From assembly GCA_963777955.1 (NCBI GenBank), contig CAVZSQ010000013.1, forward strand, positions 320,001-384,000: DNA of 64,000 bases, in the 5' to 3' direction. The notes under the pieces were generated by a model. It was not told where the DNA came from and made no database searches. It saw only the letters and a list, made by a program, of their open reading frames with translations. Within the stretch, counting starts at the first letter, position 1, and each line of letters starts with the position of its first letter. Source of the stretch: Calditrichia bacterium. Its GTDB lineage: Bacteria > Calditrichota > Calditrichia > JAJRVZ01. Both the position numbers and the translations under genes were made by a program. Of this stretch, positions 54,150 to 64,000 are shown piece after piece.

Positions 54150-55910
54150 TCAGTTTTTTACTTCGCCACTGTCATTTTCTTCAATCTTCTTCAAATTGGC
54201 CTCTAAATATTTGGCCAGGTCGGCAGTTTTACTGAACTGTCGATAATTGCGGGTGAGATGTTCGAGGACGCGATCCGGGGTTTTAACGATTATATTCTTA
54301 ATACGCGGCAAGGCGACCGGATGCATGCTTAAATTACGCAAACCCAGCGCCAGTAAAAGCGGCACATAAAGCGGTTCGCTGGCCATTTCTCCGCAAATAG
54401 AAACTTCCTTACCCAATTTTTCACCGGCCTTGGCCACCTGTTCGATCAGATAGAGTATGGCGCTATTAAGGGGTTGATAATACGGAGCAACTCTATCATT
54501 AGCCCTGTCCACTGCCAGGGTGTACTGGATCAGATCATTGGTGCCCACACTGGCAAAATCCACTTCCTTCAGCAGTTTTTCAATTTCAATTGCCGCAGAG
54601 GGAACTTCGACCATGATTCCCAGCGGGATTTTTTTATCGGTCATTTTCAATTCCTGCTGCACCTGGGTAATAGCATCCTTGACCGCCAGAATCTCTTCCA
54701 GGCTGGAAATCATCGGAATCATGATCTTTAACTTGCCCGATTCAGCACTCCGGTATAAAGCCCGCAATTGAGTCAACAGCACTTCTTTCTCCTGCAGGAG
54801 AATACGGATAGAACGCCAGCCCAGGAATGGATTGGCTTCATGATATTTATCGGCGAAGGGTAAAAATTTATCTCCACCCATATCCAGCAAGCGGATGATA
54901 ACCGGTTTTTTAGGGAACGCGGTTAATATTTTGTTATATAAATCGACCTGTTCTTCTTCGGTTAAAAATCGCTGCTTGGCAATGAATGGCAGTTCGGTGC
55001 GAAACAAGCCCACTCCATCAGCCTGATATTTTTGGGCCAGGTCTAATTCATGGTCATCATTAATATTGGCCATTAATTTTACTTTTTCCCCGGAAAAAAC
55101 ATAGGCCGGGACATTAATCAAACTTTCCAATCGTTTTTTACGTTTCTCCCAGATAATTATCTGGTCTTTAAAATATTTTTCAGTATCCTTTCCCGGATTG
55201 AGAATGATCTTTCCTTCATAGCCGTCAATAGCCGCCTTTTCAACTCCCTGCAGACTTTTCATCAGGTCGGTTACCCCCACTACCGCTGCGATTTCCAGCG
55301 AGTGAGCCAGGATAGCGGCATGACTCGTCTTGCCTCCGTATTCCGTGGCAATGCCTTTCAGCGATTTGTGTAAAAAGTATATCGAATCGACCGGTGTCAA
55401 TTCACGGGCCATCAGGATGTTTTCAGTATAACTATCAAAATCACAATGGCTATCGGCTTGCATCAGGAAATAAATTAAGCGGCGGGAAACGCCGCGGATA
55501 TCGTAAATCCGTTCGCGCAGGTATTCATCCTGAATATTGCTGAACTTTTTTTCCAGAGAATTCAACTTTCTGCGGATTATCCCCTCGGCATTCTGATGTG
55601 TTTGTTGAATTGCCTCGGGAATTTCCGCCTGGAAAATCGGATCTTCCAGGATTAACCGATAGGCTTCATATATTTCGGCATGTTTTGGACCTACACTGCG
55701 GGCGATCCGCTCCTGTTTTTCAATAAACTGCGAACCAACTTCATTCAACGCAGTTGCATAACGGTCGAGTTCTGCGGCAATCTGTTCCGGCTCCAGAACG
55801 ATATCCTGAACATCATCCAGTTCGGTACGATACAGGCAAATGCTGCCCAGCGCCAGTCCTTCAGAGACCGAAATACCTTTTAAAACAATTTCCGCCGTAT
55901 GTTTACTCAT
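54150..55910 (-). CDS. ptsI: PTS enzyme I (PEP-protein phosphotransferase)
   Basis: GGKTSHAAI, GLFRTE, NPFLGWR, MVEVP, GTNDLIQY, ICGEMA; no N-terminal GAF. Confidence 0.95.
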   Translation of the reverse strand: MSKHTAEIVLKGISVSEGLALGSICLYRTELDDVQDIVLEPEQIAAELDRYATALNEVGSQFIEKQERIARSVGPKHAEIYEAYRLILEDPIFQAEIPEAIQQTHQNAEGIIRRKLNSLEKKFSNIQDEYLRERIYDIRGVSRRLIYFLMQADSHCDFDSYTENILMARELTPVDSIYFLHKSLKGIATEYGGKTSHAAILAHSLEIAAVVGVTDLMKSLQGVEKAAIDGYEGKIILNPGKDTEKYFKDQIIIWEKRKKRLESLINVPAYVFSGEKVKLMANINDDHELDLAQKYQADGVGLFRTELPFIAKQRFLTEEEQVDLYNKILTAFPKKPVIIRLLDMGGDKFLPFADKYHEANPFLGWRSIRILLQEKEVLLTQLRALYRSAESGKLKIMIPMISSLEEILAVKDAITQVQQELKMTDKKIPLGIMVEVPSAAIEIEKLLKEVDFASVGTNDLIQYTLAVDRANDRVAPYYQPLNSAILYLIEQVAKAGEKLGKEVSICGEMASEPLYVPLLLALGLRNLSMHPVALPRIKNIIVKTPDRVLEHLTRNYRQFSKTADLAKYLEANLKKIEENDSGEVKN

Positions 55911-56053
55911 TTTCCTGATTTAAGCCCTGTAACATTTCAGGCAATATATTGCCGGTGAGGATTGAAATGCAAGAATTTTCTCAGCAATTACCTGAATCGC
56001 TTTCAGTCTATAACAATCAAAACAAAGCCTGCGGATTTACAGCGGGCCGGAAA

Positions 56054-57049
56054 TCAGATACTCTTAAACTCACTGAACACACCGGTAATAAATTCAAGAT
56101 CAGCGGATTGAAAAGGTTTAGCCATGGTCGCGGTATTCATTTCAACCTGACCTGCATTCTTAAATCCCGGGATCACCACTGCCTGACGGGATTTACTGAG
56201 AGCATACTGGTTGCAAACCAGAGCCAGAGTTTGCGGATCTGCTCCGAAGCGTTTTTTTATTTTCAATAAAGCCGGTTTCAGGCGTTTAATAAATTCAGTT
56301 TTAAAGTCTTCATAATTATTACGGATATCCCCCCGCTCGAATTGCGGTGGATTCTGCGGATCATACTTGTCCAGCAACAAACCCTTGGCATAGGTTCCAA
56401 ACAACACCAGCCCAAGATCGTGACTATCCGCCCACTTAAAAATGTTCTTTTCCGGACTATCAAAGGGACTTTTGAGGGCATTGTAGGGTAATTGCAGCAC
56501 CTCGGCCCTGGTAATGGGCAGCAGTTGGACAAACTTGTCAAAATCATAGGCTGATTGTCCGATCACCCTTATTTTTCCTTCTTGTTTTAAGCGATGCATT
56601 TCGGCTACTGCCTGTTCAAGAAAAATATTATTGTCCCCGAAAAAAGGATTATGAAAATAATAGATATCCACATAATCGGTCTGTAAATTTTTCAGACTCT
56701 GTTCCAGTTGATGACGGATATGTAAAGGATCGAACGCCTGAGCAGCCGTTCCTTTAAACCACCCGACTTTTGTGGCCAGTACGATCTGATCGCGTTTAAC
56801 CCCTTCCTGAAATACCTGACCGATTAACCGTTCCGAATGACCCCGTCCGTATACATCGGCTGTATCCCAGTGGTTTACACCCAACTCATAAGCGCGATGT
56901 AAGGCCACTAATGATTCCCCATCATTATTCCCTGTCCAGCCATTGGGAAAACCATCATCGCTGAAAGAGGGTCCACCGATAGCCCAGCAACCCAGGCCAA
57001 TTTCCGAAACTTTTAATCCACTTTTACCAAGGGTACGATAGGCAACCAT
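56054..57049 (-). CDS. Aldo/keto reductase
   Basis: YRTLGKSGLKVSEIGLG, DTADVYG, LATKVG, LQTDYVDIY, VIPG; start taken at MVAYRTLG. Confidence 0.92.
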   Translation of the reverse strand: MVAYRTLGKSGLKVSEIGLGCWAIGGPSFSDDGFPNGWTGNNDGESLVALHRAYELGVNHWDTADVYGRGHSERLIGQVFQEGVKRDQIVLATKVGWFKGTAAQAFDPLHIRHQLEQSLKNLQTDYVDIYYFHNPFFGDNNIFLEQAVAEMHRLKQEGKIRVIGQSAYDFDKFVQLLPITRAEVLQLPYNALKSPFDSPEKNIFKWADSHDLGLVLFGTYAKGLLLDKYDPQNPPQFERGDIRNNYEDFKTEFIKRLKPALLKIKKRFGADPQTLALVCNQYALSKSRQAVVIPGFKNAGQVEMNTATMAKPFQSADLEFITGVFSEFKSI

Positions 57050-57242
57050 GCTGATCTCCCGCCTTGTTGTTGTCCCGGTGAATTTACCTGTAAAAAAAAT
57101 CATAAAAAAGTTAAGACCTGATTTATTTTCTGATTTCACCGTTTAACAATTGTATCCGGTATCAGTATTTGATATATTTTTATATCTAAGAATATAACAC
57201 GGTTCGCAGGATAATGGTAAAACTGCATGATCAGGGAGGATA

Positions 57243-57701
57243 ATGAAAGTAAATAAAAAACTTATTTCCAGGATTAAGCACATTGCACTGATTGCCCATG
57301 ATAACCGTAAAAATGATTTACTGGAATGGGCCCGTTTTAACCGTGAATTACTGGCCAAGCACCAACTATATGCCACCGGTACCACCGGCGGACTGCTGGA
57401 ACGGGAACTGGATCTTAATGTACACCGCTTCAAAAGCGGGCCGCTGGGAGGAGATCAGCAGATCGGTGCCAAGATCACTGAAGATGAAATCGACTTTGTC
57501 ATTTTCTTCTGGGATCCCCTGCAACCTCATCCTCACGATGTCGATGTCAAAGCCTTACTGCGTATTGCGGTGGTATATAACATTCCTATCGCCTGCAACC
57601 GGGCCAGCGCGGACTTCATGATTTCCTCACCATTGATGGACGAGAAATACGAGAAAATCCTGATAGACTATGAAGAACGTATGGCTGCTGAACAGGACTG
57701 A
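57243..57701 (+). CDS. mgsA: Methylglyoxal synthase
   Basis: [42 protein letters not shown]. Confidence 0.97.
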   Translation: MKVNKKLISRIKHIALIAHDNRKNDLLEWARFNRELLAKHQLYATGTTGGLLERELDLNVHRFKSGPLGGDQQIGAKITEDEIDFVIFFWDPLQPHPHDVDVKALLRIAVVYNIPIACNRASADFMISSPLMDEKYEKILIDYEERMAAEQD

Positions 57702-57809
57702 TTAAACTGAACCTGAACACCTTTATCCCAACGGGATTATATATAATAGCCCGGGAATAAATTTACCTCTTTTTTTCTTTGAATTACTAAAGATACATCC
57801 GTAAGGAGT

Positions 57810-58409
57810 ATGGCTATGATTATAAATTATAAATCTATCAGCAGGATGATCTCCAGAATCCAGATACTTATCCTGTTTGCATTTTCGCTACTATCTGCAG
57901 CTGAATACCAGGTAGATAAAAACAAAAAATCACAGGTCAAATTCATCTCTGATGCCCCTATCGAAGATATAGAAGGTGTTACCCATAAAATTGATGGTTA
58001 CCTGGCCTGGGAAAATGAGAACCTTACCGAGCAGAGCGAGATGTATTTCGAGGTGGATTTAAACAGCATCGATACAGGAATCGGTTTGCGCAACCGGCAC
58101 ATGCGTGAAAATTACCTGCATACCGATAAATATCCTTACACTTATTATAAAGGAAAGATCACCTCCAGTCAGAAACTGGATGATTCCACCTTTGCCGTAG
58201 TCGCCGCAGGTGCAATTTTTATTCACGGTGTTGAAAAACCACTAGCGGTGCAGGGCACGGTCAAGCGGACAGGAGAAAATATTTACCGGATAAATACAAA
58301 TTTCCAGGTAAAATTATCCGATTTTAATATTGAAATTCCGTCGATTATGTTTTATAAAATCAACGAAACAATGGAATTGAAATTGGATTTTTGGGTGCGG
58401 AAAACGTAA
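57810..58409 (+). CDS. YceI family lipid/polyisoprenoid-binding protein
   Basis: SQVKF, IDTGIGLRNRHMR, YL.TDKYP, IHGVEK, DFNI. Confidence 0.88.
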   Translation: MAMIINYKSISRMISRIQILILFAFSLLSAAEYQVDKNKKSQVKFISDAPIEDIEGVTHKIDGYLAWENENLTEQSEMYFEVDLNSIDTGIGLRNRHMRENYLHTDKYPYTYYKGKITSSQKLDDSTFAVVAAGAIFIHGVEKPLAVQGTVKRTGENIYRINTNFQVKLSDFNIEIPSIMFYKINETMELKLDFWVRKT

Positions 58410-58438
58410 TAATATTATAAAATGATGTCATAGGTTTG

Positions 58439-58915
58439 TTATCGATGCGGCGCCCACCGGCGTAAAAATTCCATGATTTTATCCCGGTCATGATGATCCC
58501 CGGATTCCAACGGGCCGGTATCCTGTGAATGCAACAAATTACCCTTGGTATCCAGAACGAATAAATGCGGATAGCCGGGAATTTTAGGATAGCTGGCTAA
58601 TACCGCTTCATTTTTATTCTCTTCACTCCAGTTGACTTTTACCACGATATAATTAGCATGCATATATTCGTTGACATCAATATTCTGTTCAAAAAACTGA
58701 TCCAGGCGTCTGCACCAGATGCACCAGTCTCCGCCCACATCCAGGATCACTCTCTTGCCGCTGCGCCCGGCTTCATTCACGGCGGCGGCAATATCCCGGG
58801 CAGCATCACGGGTCGGATCGAATTTGGTCACCGGTTGATAGGAACTGTCGGGCTTACAGCTGCAGAAACAGGTTAATACTACCAGTATCCCCATTTTGAT
58901 TATTATTCCATTCAT
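58439..58915 (-). CDS. Thioredoxin-family lipoprotein
   Basis: Lipobox-like FCS-C; GGDWCIWC; GYP. Confidence 0.85.
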   Translation of the reverse strand: MNGIIIKMGILVVLTCFCSCKPDSSYQPVTKFDPTRDAARDIAAAVNEAGRSGKRVILDVGGDWCIWCRRLDQFFEQNIDVNEYMHANYIVVKVNWSEENKNEAVLASYPKIPGYPHLFVLDTKGNLLHSQDTGPLESGDHHDRDKIMEFLRRWAPHR

Positions 58916-59059
58916 ATTATCCCTCTATCAAATTAACAATCTGATATCATTTGCCTAATATATCAAGTCCCTGGAATAAATAAAATAATAGATTTGGGGA
59001 TATTTATATAAGGCACAAAGAACAAAAGGTCCATGAAAAAAATCGGCGCTTCAGTGGAT

Positions 59060-59090
59060 CACCTTCGAGGTTCTGGAAACCTCGAAGGTG
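59060..59090. repeat. REP-like palindrome (13-5-13)
   Basis: CACCTTCGAGGTT-CTGGA-AACCTCGAAGGTG. Confidence 0.7.
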
Positions 59091-59304
59091 GCTAGAGTCG
59101 TACAACCTGATTATCATAGTAATTACTTCCTGGTAGATTGCAACAATAATAGCGAGGGAAAGCCAGCCGAGTCTGACTTTTTTATTTGACCTCGATCAAT
59201 CTTTGATTATATTATTCAGTTAGTATTTTCCGCTCGATACCAAAGGTGACCTAGTAAAATTTTTTCATGGGTGTTACAAAATCGGCACTCGGTGTTCAGG
59301 TCTA

Positions 59305-60253
59305 ATGATCTTGAAGGCAGGTAGGCAGAATGATAAAGCCGTATCAATAATAAAGATAAATTTTGTTCTATTCTGTTTATTCTGTATTTTCTTTTGCAGC
59401 AATTCTGCACAATCTCAAGTCATTCAGGATTCCTCCTATTTCCCGCTGGCTATCGGAAATCAATGGATTTACATGACCACCGACAGTGTCTATACCGATA
59501 CCACGACAGTTGTTGATACACAGCGCGTGCAGGATAATCTATATTATGGCCTTTCATTTTTTTCTGGATACTCCCTGTACATCTGGTTCAGGAATAGCAG
59601 GTGATAAGGTATATATAGTTGATACCCTGGCAGACCGGCTGGATCCGGTGAATATTGAAGAATATCTACTGTATGATTTTGGGGCCGATACGATGCAATC
59701 CTGGGTGGTCCCTCTTTCGGGCGATCTTGGCTGTGATTACGGGGGAACAATCTCACTGGCTACAAAGAGTGCGGTGGTCCTTACCCCGGCCGGAACTTTT
59801 TTGAATTGTTATTACCTCGACCGTCCTTATACTCAGTGTATGGATGCCGGTATCTGGGGAGAGTGGTTTGCCGCTGGAGTGGGAAGAGTTTCGTATATAG
59901 AGGATAACTATGCCGGGGCGCGCAACTTTGTTTTAAAAAATTCAATTATCATGACCTCCGCACCCGCTGCCAATAATTTTCCTGTTATTCAGTCATATCA
60001 ACTGGAACAGAATTATCCGAATCCGTTCAATCCCATAACCACCATTGTTTTTCAAATACCGCGAAGAAGTCAGGTCTTGCTGGAAATTTATAATATACTG
60101 GGACAAAAGATTGAAACTCTGATCGACTCTGAACTAAATGCTGCACAGTATTCCGTCTTGTGGAACGCCTATGACAAACCGAGTGGTATCTATTTTTGTA
60201 AAATACGTGCCAACAATTTTTCAAAATCTATCAAACTAATGCTGATCAGGTAA
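59305..60253 (+). CDS. Secreted protein with FlgD-Ig/T9SS-type C-terminal domain; frameshift ~59596, start uncertain
   Basis: YFPLAIGNQWIY, TPAGTFLNC, WFAAGVGRV, QNYPNPFNP...KLMLIR. Confidence 0.8.
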
Positions 60254-60351
60254 GTAATTTTTAAAGATATTTTATTGTTTTCAGATTGAATTTATATTAT
60301 CATTATAAGACATTATTATATTTTCTTCAACAACCCAGGCTGAATTTATAT

Positions 60352-61910
60352 ATGCATGACAATTTAAAAACTGTAAAAATATTATTTATTCTGATTATCT
60401 TAAGCGGAAGCATGCAAGCTCAGAATATTGACTTAGATTACGCTTCTGATAAAGAAAAACTTTTCTTTGAAAAAAATAGACATAGTCTGTGATTCCACCC
60501 ATGAGGATATGGACTTATGGTTAATGGCAGAAGGGATTGATAATCCGGCTGAAATTCAGAGAATCCGGGAAGTCATAGCTACAATCACTGATGAAATAAA
60601 GAATAAAATCAATCTTAAAGATGATTTCGAAGATCAGGCTGAAGATATTTTCAAATGGTTCCATAAATATTTATTAAAAAGATATGATGAAAAAACGGTG
60701 ATTGAAAATCTGCATAATGGCGGTGAATATAATTATATAACCGCCAATGCCGTTTTTTACCATATCTGTAAACAATTAAATCTGCCTGTTATATTAATCT
60801 CGAACTTCTATTACATAGAAAACAGACTACAACTGAGCAATAAGTCAATTGATATAGATATCCTGGATAAGCAAAATGGGTTTGACAGTAAATTTGATAA
60901 AAATGAATTTTTACAATTGCTGATCAATCTCAAAATCATGGGTGCAAAGGATATTACTTCACAGTCGGGCGGTGAATCAATTACGGATTTTAAATTTATT
61001 GATCCCTGCCAGCTGATGGGATTTATCTATCATCAAAAAGCCGAAGAACTATTTAGCTTAGCTGATTATGAAAATGCTCTGAATAATATTGAAAAAGCGT
61101 TAATCTTGATGCCGGCAAATGAGTTTTTGCAGTATAATTACAAGACAGTTCTGCTAAAATATGTTGAAATGACTACCGGAGATGAGATCCTGATACCTCA
61201 TTATCTAAATTCGCTCTTCTTTCTTGCTGATGATAAAACTTATGCCATGCCTGCCACACAAATTGCAGCGCAAATTATTTTTAATATCGCCGAAACAAAA
61301 ACAAATTATTCAAAAGCCCTTAAACTGATATTTGACTGCAAAACAATATTTCTGCAGCCGGAATTCATTAAAAAAATGACCGAGTTTGAAACTGAACTTG
61401 AACATAACTGGATCAGTTATTACATGCGCAGAGGTTATTATGATTCCGCTTATGTGAAAATAAAGAATTTATATTTTCTCAATAATAATGATCCCAGAAA
61501 TAAAGATGCATATATATCCATTACACTTTTTTATTGCAAATCTCTGATCGAAAGAGAAAAAAATTTTACCAGGGCCGCCAGTCTTATGGATTCACTGATA
61601 GCCGAATCTTCCGACTACCCCAGCGTTAAGGATGCCTATGTGGAAATAATTCTAGCTCCTCTCATTATAGATCGTGACTTTATTAAAATAAATTTGAACA
61701 AGGCGATTGAGCTGGCCCGCAAAGTTTTTAAATATAATCCTGAACATTCCAAATCCAGATGGGCTGTATCCGTTGTTTATCACGAACAGGCAATGTCAGC
61801 ATTAAGAAAAAATAACCTGAAAGAAGCCAAGCGAATCCTGGCAGAGGGTTTAACTTTCGATTTCAGACGATAAACAGTTGAACGAAGATTTATCGCAAAT
61901 ACCGGATTGA
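60352..61910 (+). CDS. Exported transglutaminase-like/TPR protein; frameshifts ~60470 and ~61862
   Basis: Signal peptide (MQA-Q); GEYNYITANAVF; TPR-like DYENALNNIEKALILMP; AT-rich. Confidence 0.6.
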
Positions 61911-62069
61911 TCATAATTCTTATTACAGAAATATATTTTTTTATCACGCTGAATATATATAGTTGATCGGGTTATGATTAATTTATTTCAATGACCATTT
62001 CGCAGATTTAAAACTAAGATATCATGAGCAAAGATAACTTTAGAGTCTACTGCTTATCTCAATTTTGTT

Positions 62070-62160
62070 GAGGAAAAAGGAATCGGCCCTGCTGTCCAGA
62101 GCGGACTTTTAGCTGCTGAAGCCATCATTAATGGTAAACAACTTGTTTTTAAGACTATAA
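62070..62160 (+). pseudogene. Fragment of a geranylgeranyl-reductase-like FAD oxidoreductase C-terminus
   Basis: EKGIGPAVQSGLLAAEAIING resembles GEGI..A..SG.LAA. Confidence 0.5.
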
Positions 62161-62397
62161 AAAATACAGTTTTTACCATTGGAATACAGCTGCTAAATTA
62201 TTATTTAGGCATTAAGGCAAAATGCTACAAAAGAATGAATAGGTGATCTACCTTAATATTTAATGTCTTTAGTAGTAAAAGATTTAATACTTCACTTTTG
62301 AAAAATAGTATAATACTTAAGCTGATGAGGATTCTTTAAAAAATTATTATAATTTGTTAACCAATTTCAGGAAATTAATATATTGAACATTATATAA

Positions 62398-62694
62398 TCA
62401 CTTGTCTTTTTTTTTACAAAGAGCATTGAATGGAAATATAAAAAAGAATGGAGACTGCTAAATATTTTAAAGAACCATAACTTAAAAGTTATGAATCAAA
62501 ATGAAGAAATTTTCCTTTTTGAATTACCTGTTAAATCAATTACCTCTGTGATACTTGGATGTCGATCAGATAATCATTTATTAGAATATTTCAATAGAAT
62601 AAAAAATACGATTGATTTTTTCCATTTAAGAATATTAAAAGCCCACCTAGATGAAAAGGAATATAAAATAAGGATCGAAGATATAAACACCTAA
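62398..62694 (+). pseudogene. C-terminal remnant of a DUF2971-like protein
   Basis: FTKSIEWKYKKEWRL...ITSVILGC in frame with the 67-aa ORF, preceded by an in-frame stop. Confidence 0.6.
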
Positions 62695-62812
62695 CTAATC
62701 TTAAATAATTTTATATTATTCTTAACAAAATATATAGACACGAGAATAGTTTGATTATTATTATACTCAATTAAGGAATCCCATATCCAAAAAGGTTTGA
62801 CATTTTATTTAT

Positions 62813-62904
62813 AGGGCGAATTTATGTTTGAGTCCGCCGGTAGGCGGACGAGTTTAAATTCGCCTTGATTTTTTGCCTACTTTTTTATCAAGAAAAAAGT
62901 AGGC
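62813..62904. repeat. Composite palindromic element / terminator
   Basis: AGGGCGAATTTA...GTCCGCC-GGTA-GGCGGAC...TAAATTCGCCTT, then GCCTACTTTTTT-ATCAAG-AAAAAAGTAGGC. Confidence 0.7.
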
Positions 62905-62916
62905 CGCCGGAGGCAT

Positions 62917-63333
62917 TTATTCCCCCTGTACTTGCACATGCAACTGCCGCTGCCGGGGATGATTATCGAAATCGATCAGTACCACCTGCTGCCAGGTTCC
63001 CAACTGCAGTTGGCTTTGCTCAAAAGGAATGGTTAACGAGGGACCGATCAGGGCCGCACGCAGATGTGCATAACCGTTGCCATCATGCCAGGTCTGGTCA
63101 TGATGGTAACGTGCCTGCATCGGGGCAATTTTTTCCAGCATCTCCGGGATATCTTCGATCAGGCCCGGTTCATACTCAATGGTGGTCAACCCGGCGGTGG
63201 AGCCCGGTACGAATACGGCCAGCAATCCGTTTTTAATCCGTGATTCCTGAATAACTGATCGCAGGGAGGGGGTAATATCGATGATATCATTGAAACCGCG
63301 GGTGGCCAGAGAAATTTTTTTCTGGAAAATCAT
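62917..63333 (-). CDS. yjbQ: YjbQ (UPF0047) family protein
   Basis: DIT, GSTAGLTTIE, YHHD, NGYAHLRA, LGTWQ. Confidence 0.92.
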   Translation of the reverse strand: MIFQKKISLATRGFNDIIDITPSLRSVIQESRIKNGLLAVFVPGSTAGLTTIEYEPGLIEDIPEMLEKIAPMQARYHHDQTWHDGNGYAHLRAALIGPSLTIPFEQSQLQLGTWQQVVLIDFDNHPRQRQLHVQVQGE

Positions 63334-63343
63334 TGCACTGATT

Positions 63344-63820
63344 TCAATCCTTCAGCAAGGTGGCAATAATAATGCCCAGGATCAGCCAGAGCGGGATAGA
63401 AATAAGTAAAGCCCAGATCATACCGTTGGCCCAGCGTAAACTGTGGGCTAAACCCTGTTTCTCCAGGGCCCGGCTCAGTTTGATCCGTACTTCATCGATA
63501 TGGAAGGGCTTGGTGAGATAATCGTAAGCCCCTTTTTTGATGGCATCCACTGCCGTCTCGATGGTCGGATGCGCCGTGATCATCAGGAAGATAATACTCT
63601 GCTTTTCGGTCTTGACCCGTTTTAATAACTCGATCCCGTTCATCACCGGCATATATAAATCGGACAGCACAATATCCACCTGCTGATTCCTGATAATATC
63701 CAGAGCTTCTTCACCATTGGCTGCGGTCAGGGCATGATAATCGATTTTCTGTAAAACACTTTCCAGGGTTTCACGGACATCCTGCTCATCATCCACAACT
63801 AAAACTCTTTTCTTCTCCAT
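63344..63820 (-). CDS. Response-regulator receiver protein with C-terminal transmembrane helix
   Basis: VLVVDDE, SDLYMP, MITA, AYDYLTKPF; ends IWALLISIPLWLILGIIIATLL. Confidence 0.88.
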   Translation of the reverse strand: MEKKRVLVVDDEQDVRETLESVLQKIDYHALTAANGEEALDIIRNQQVDIVLSDLYMPVMNGIELLKRVKTEKQSIIFLMITAHPTIETAVDAIKKGAYDYLTKPFHIDEVRIKLSRALEKQGLAHSLRWANGMIWALLISIPLWLILGIIIATLLKD

Positions 63821-64000
63821 TGGCTGCTCCTTGTAATACTTTTAAATATAATTATATTTAATCGACATTTCTTTCCGATTTTTGATATCAAATTATAAAA
63901 ATAAATATATATACACAATTTTTTCCCGGTGTGCGTTAATATAAGCATGAATTAACTACTGTAAATATAGGTATTTGGATTATTTTAAAGCAGCAAGTAG

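Noticed and set aside
59100..59330. Possible riboswitch upstream of the secreted protein
   Set aside because: No recognisable aptamer consensus by eye; needs an Infernal/Rfam scan

Overview
Bacterial chromosomal segment, probably from a diderm of the FCB/Calditrichota-like neighbourhood. This is an inference from four secreted proteins ending in a QNYPNPFNP FlgD-Ig/T9SS-type C-terminal domain, from outer-membrane barrels and from gene content. It contains about 50 genes. These include a divergent Opp/Dpp-type ABC operon led by a 787-aa lipoprotein; tRNA-Thr(CGT); a CHASE2 adenylate cyclase; a GH29 fucosidase; a nitrogen-assimilation cluster (NifA-like GAF-sigma54 activator, TorF-like porin, amtB, glnK, glnA); recA-recX; alaS; a tripartite hipBST-type toxin-antitoxin module; an ECF sigma/anti-sigma/DUF4097 operon; a DksA-zinc-finger-PP2C fusion; ptsI; mgsA; and an AT-rich decayed patch near the right end. 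The best-supported unexplained structure is regulatory. Two sigma54 -24/-12 promoters and three pairs of a WACA-N4-TGTA palindrome (29-30 bp apart) lie upstream of amtB, the porin and the activator itself, which defines a candidate nif-less 'NifA-like' nitrogen regulon. Three 18-bp palindromic operators precede hipB. About 15 frameshifts, mostly net +1 and including one in essential alaS, most likely reflect long-read consensus errors, so split ORFs are joined here. All calls come from motif recognition by eye; no database searches were run.
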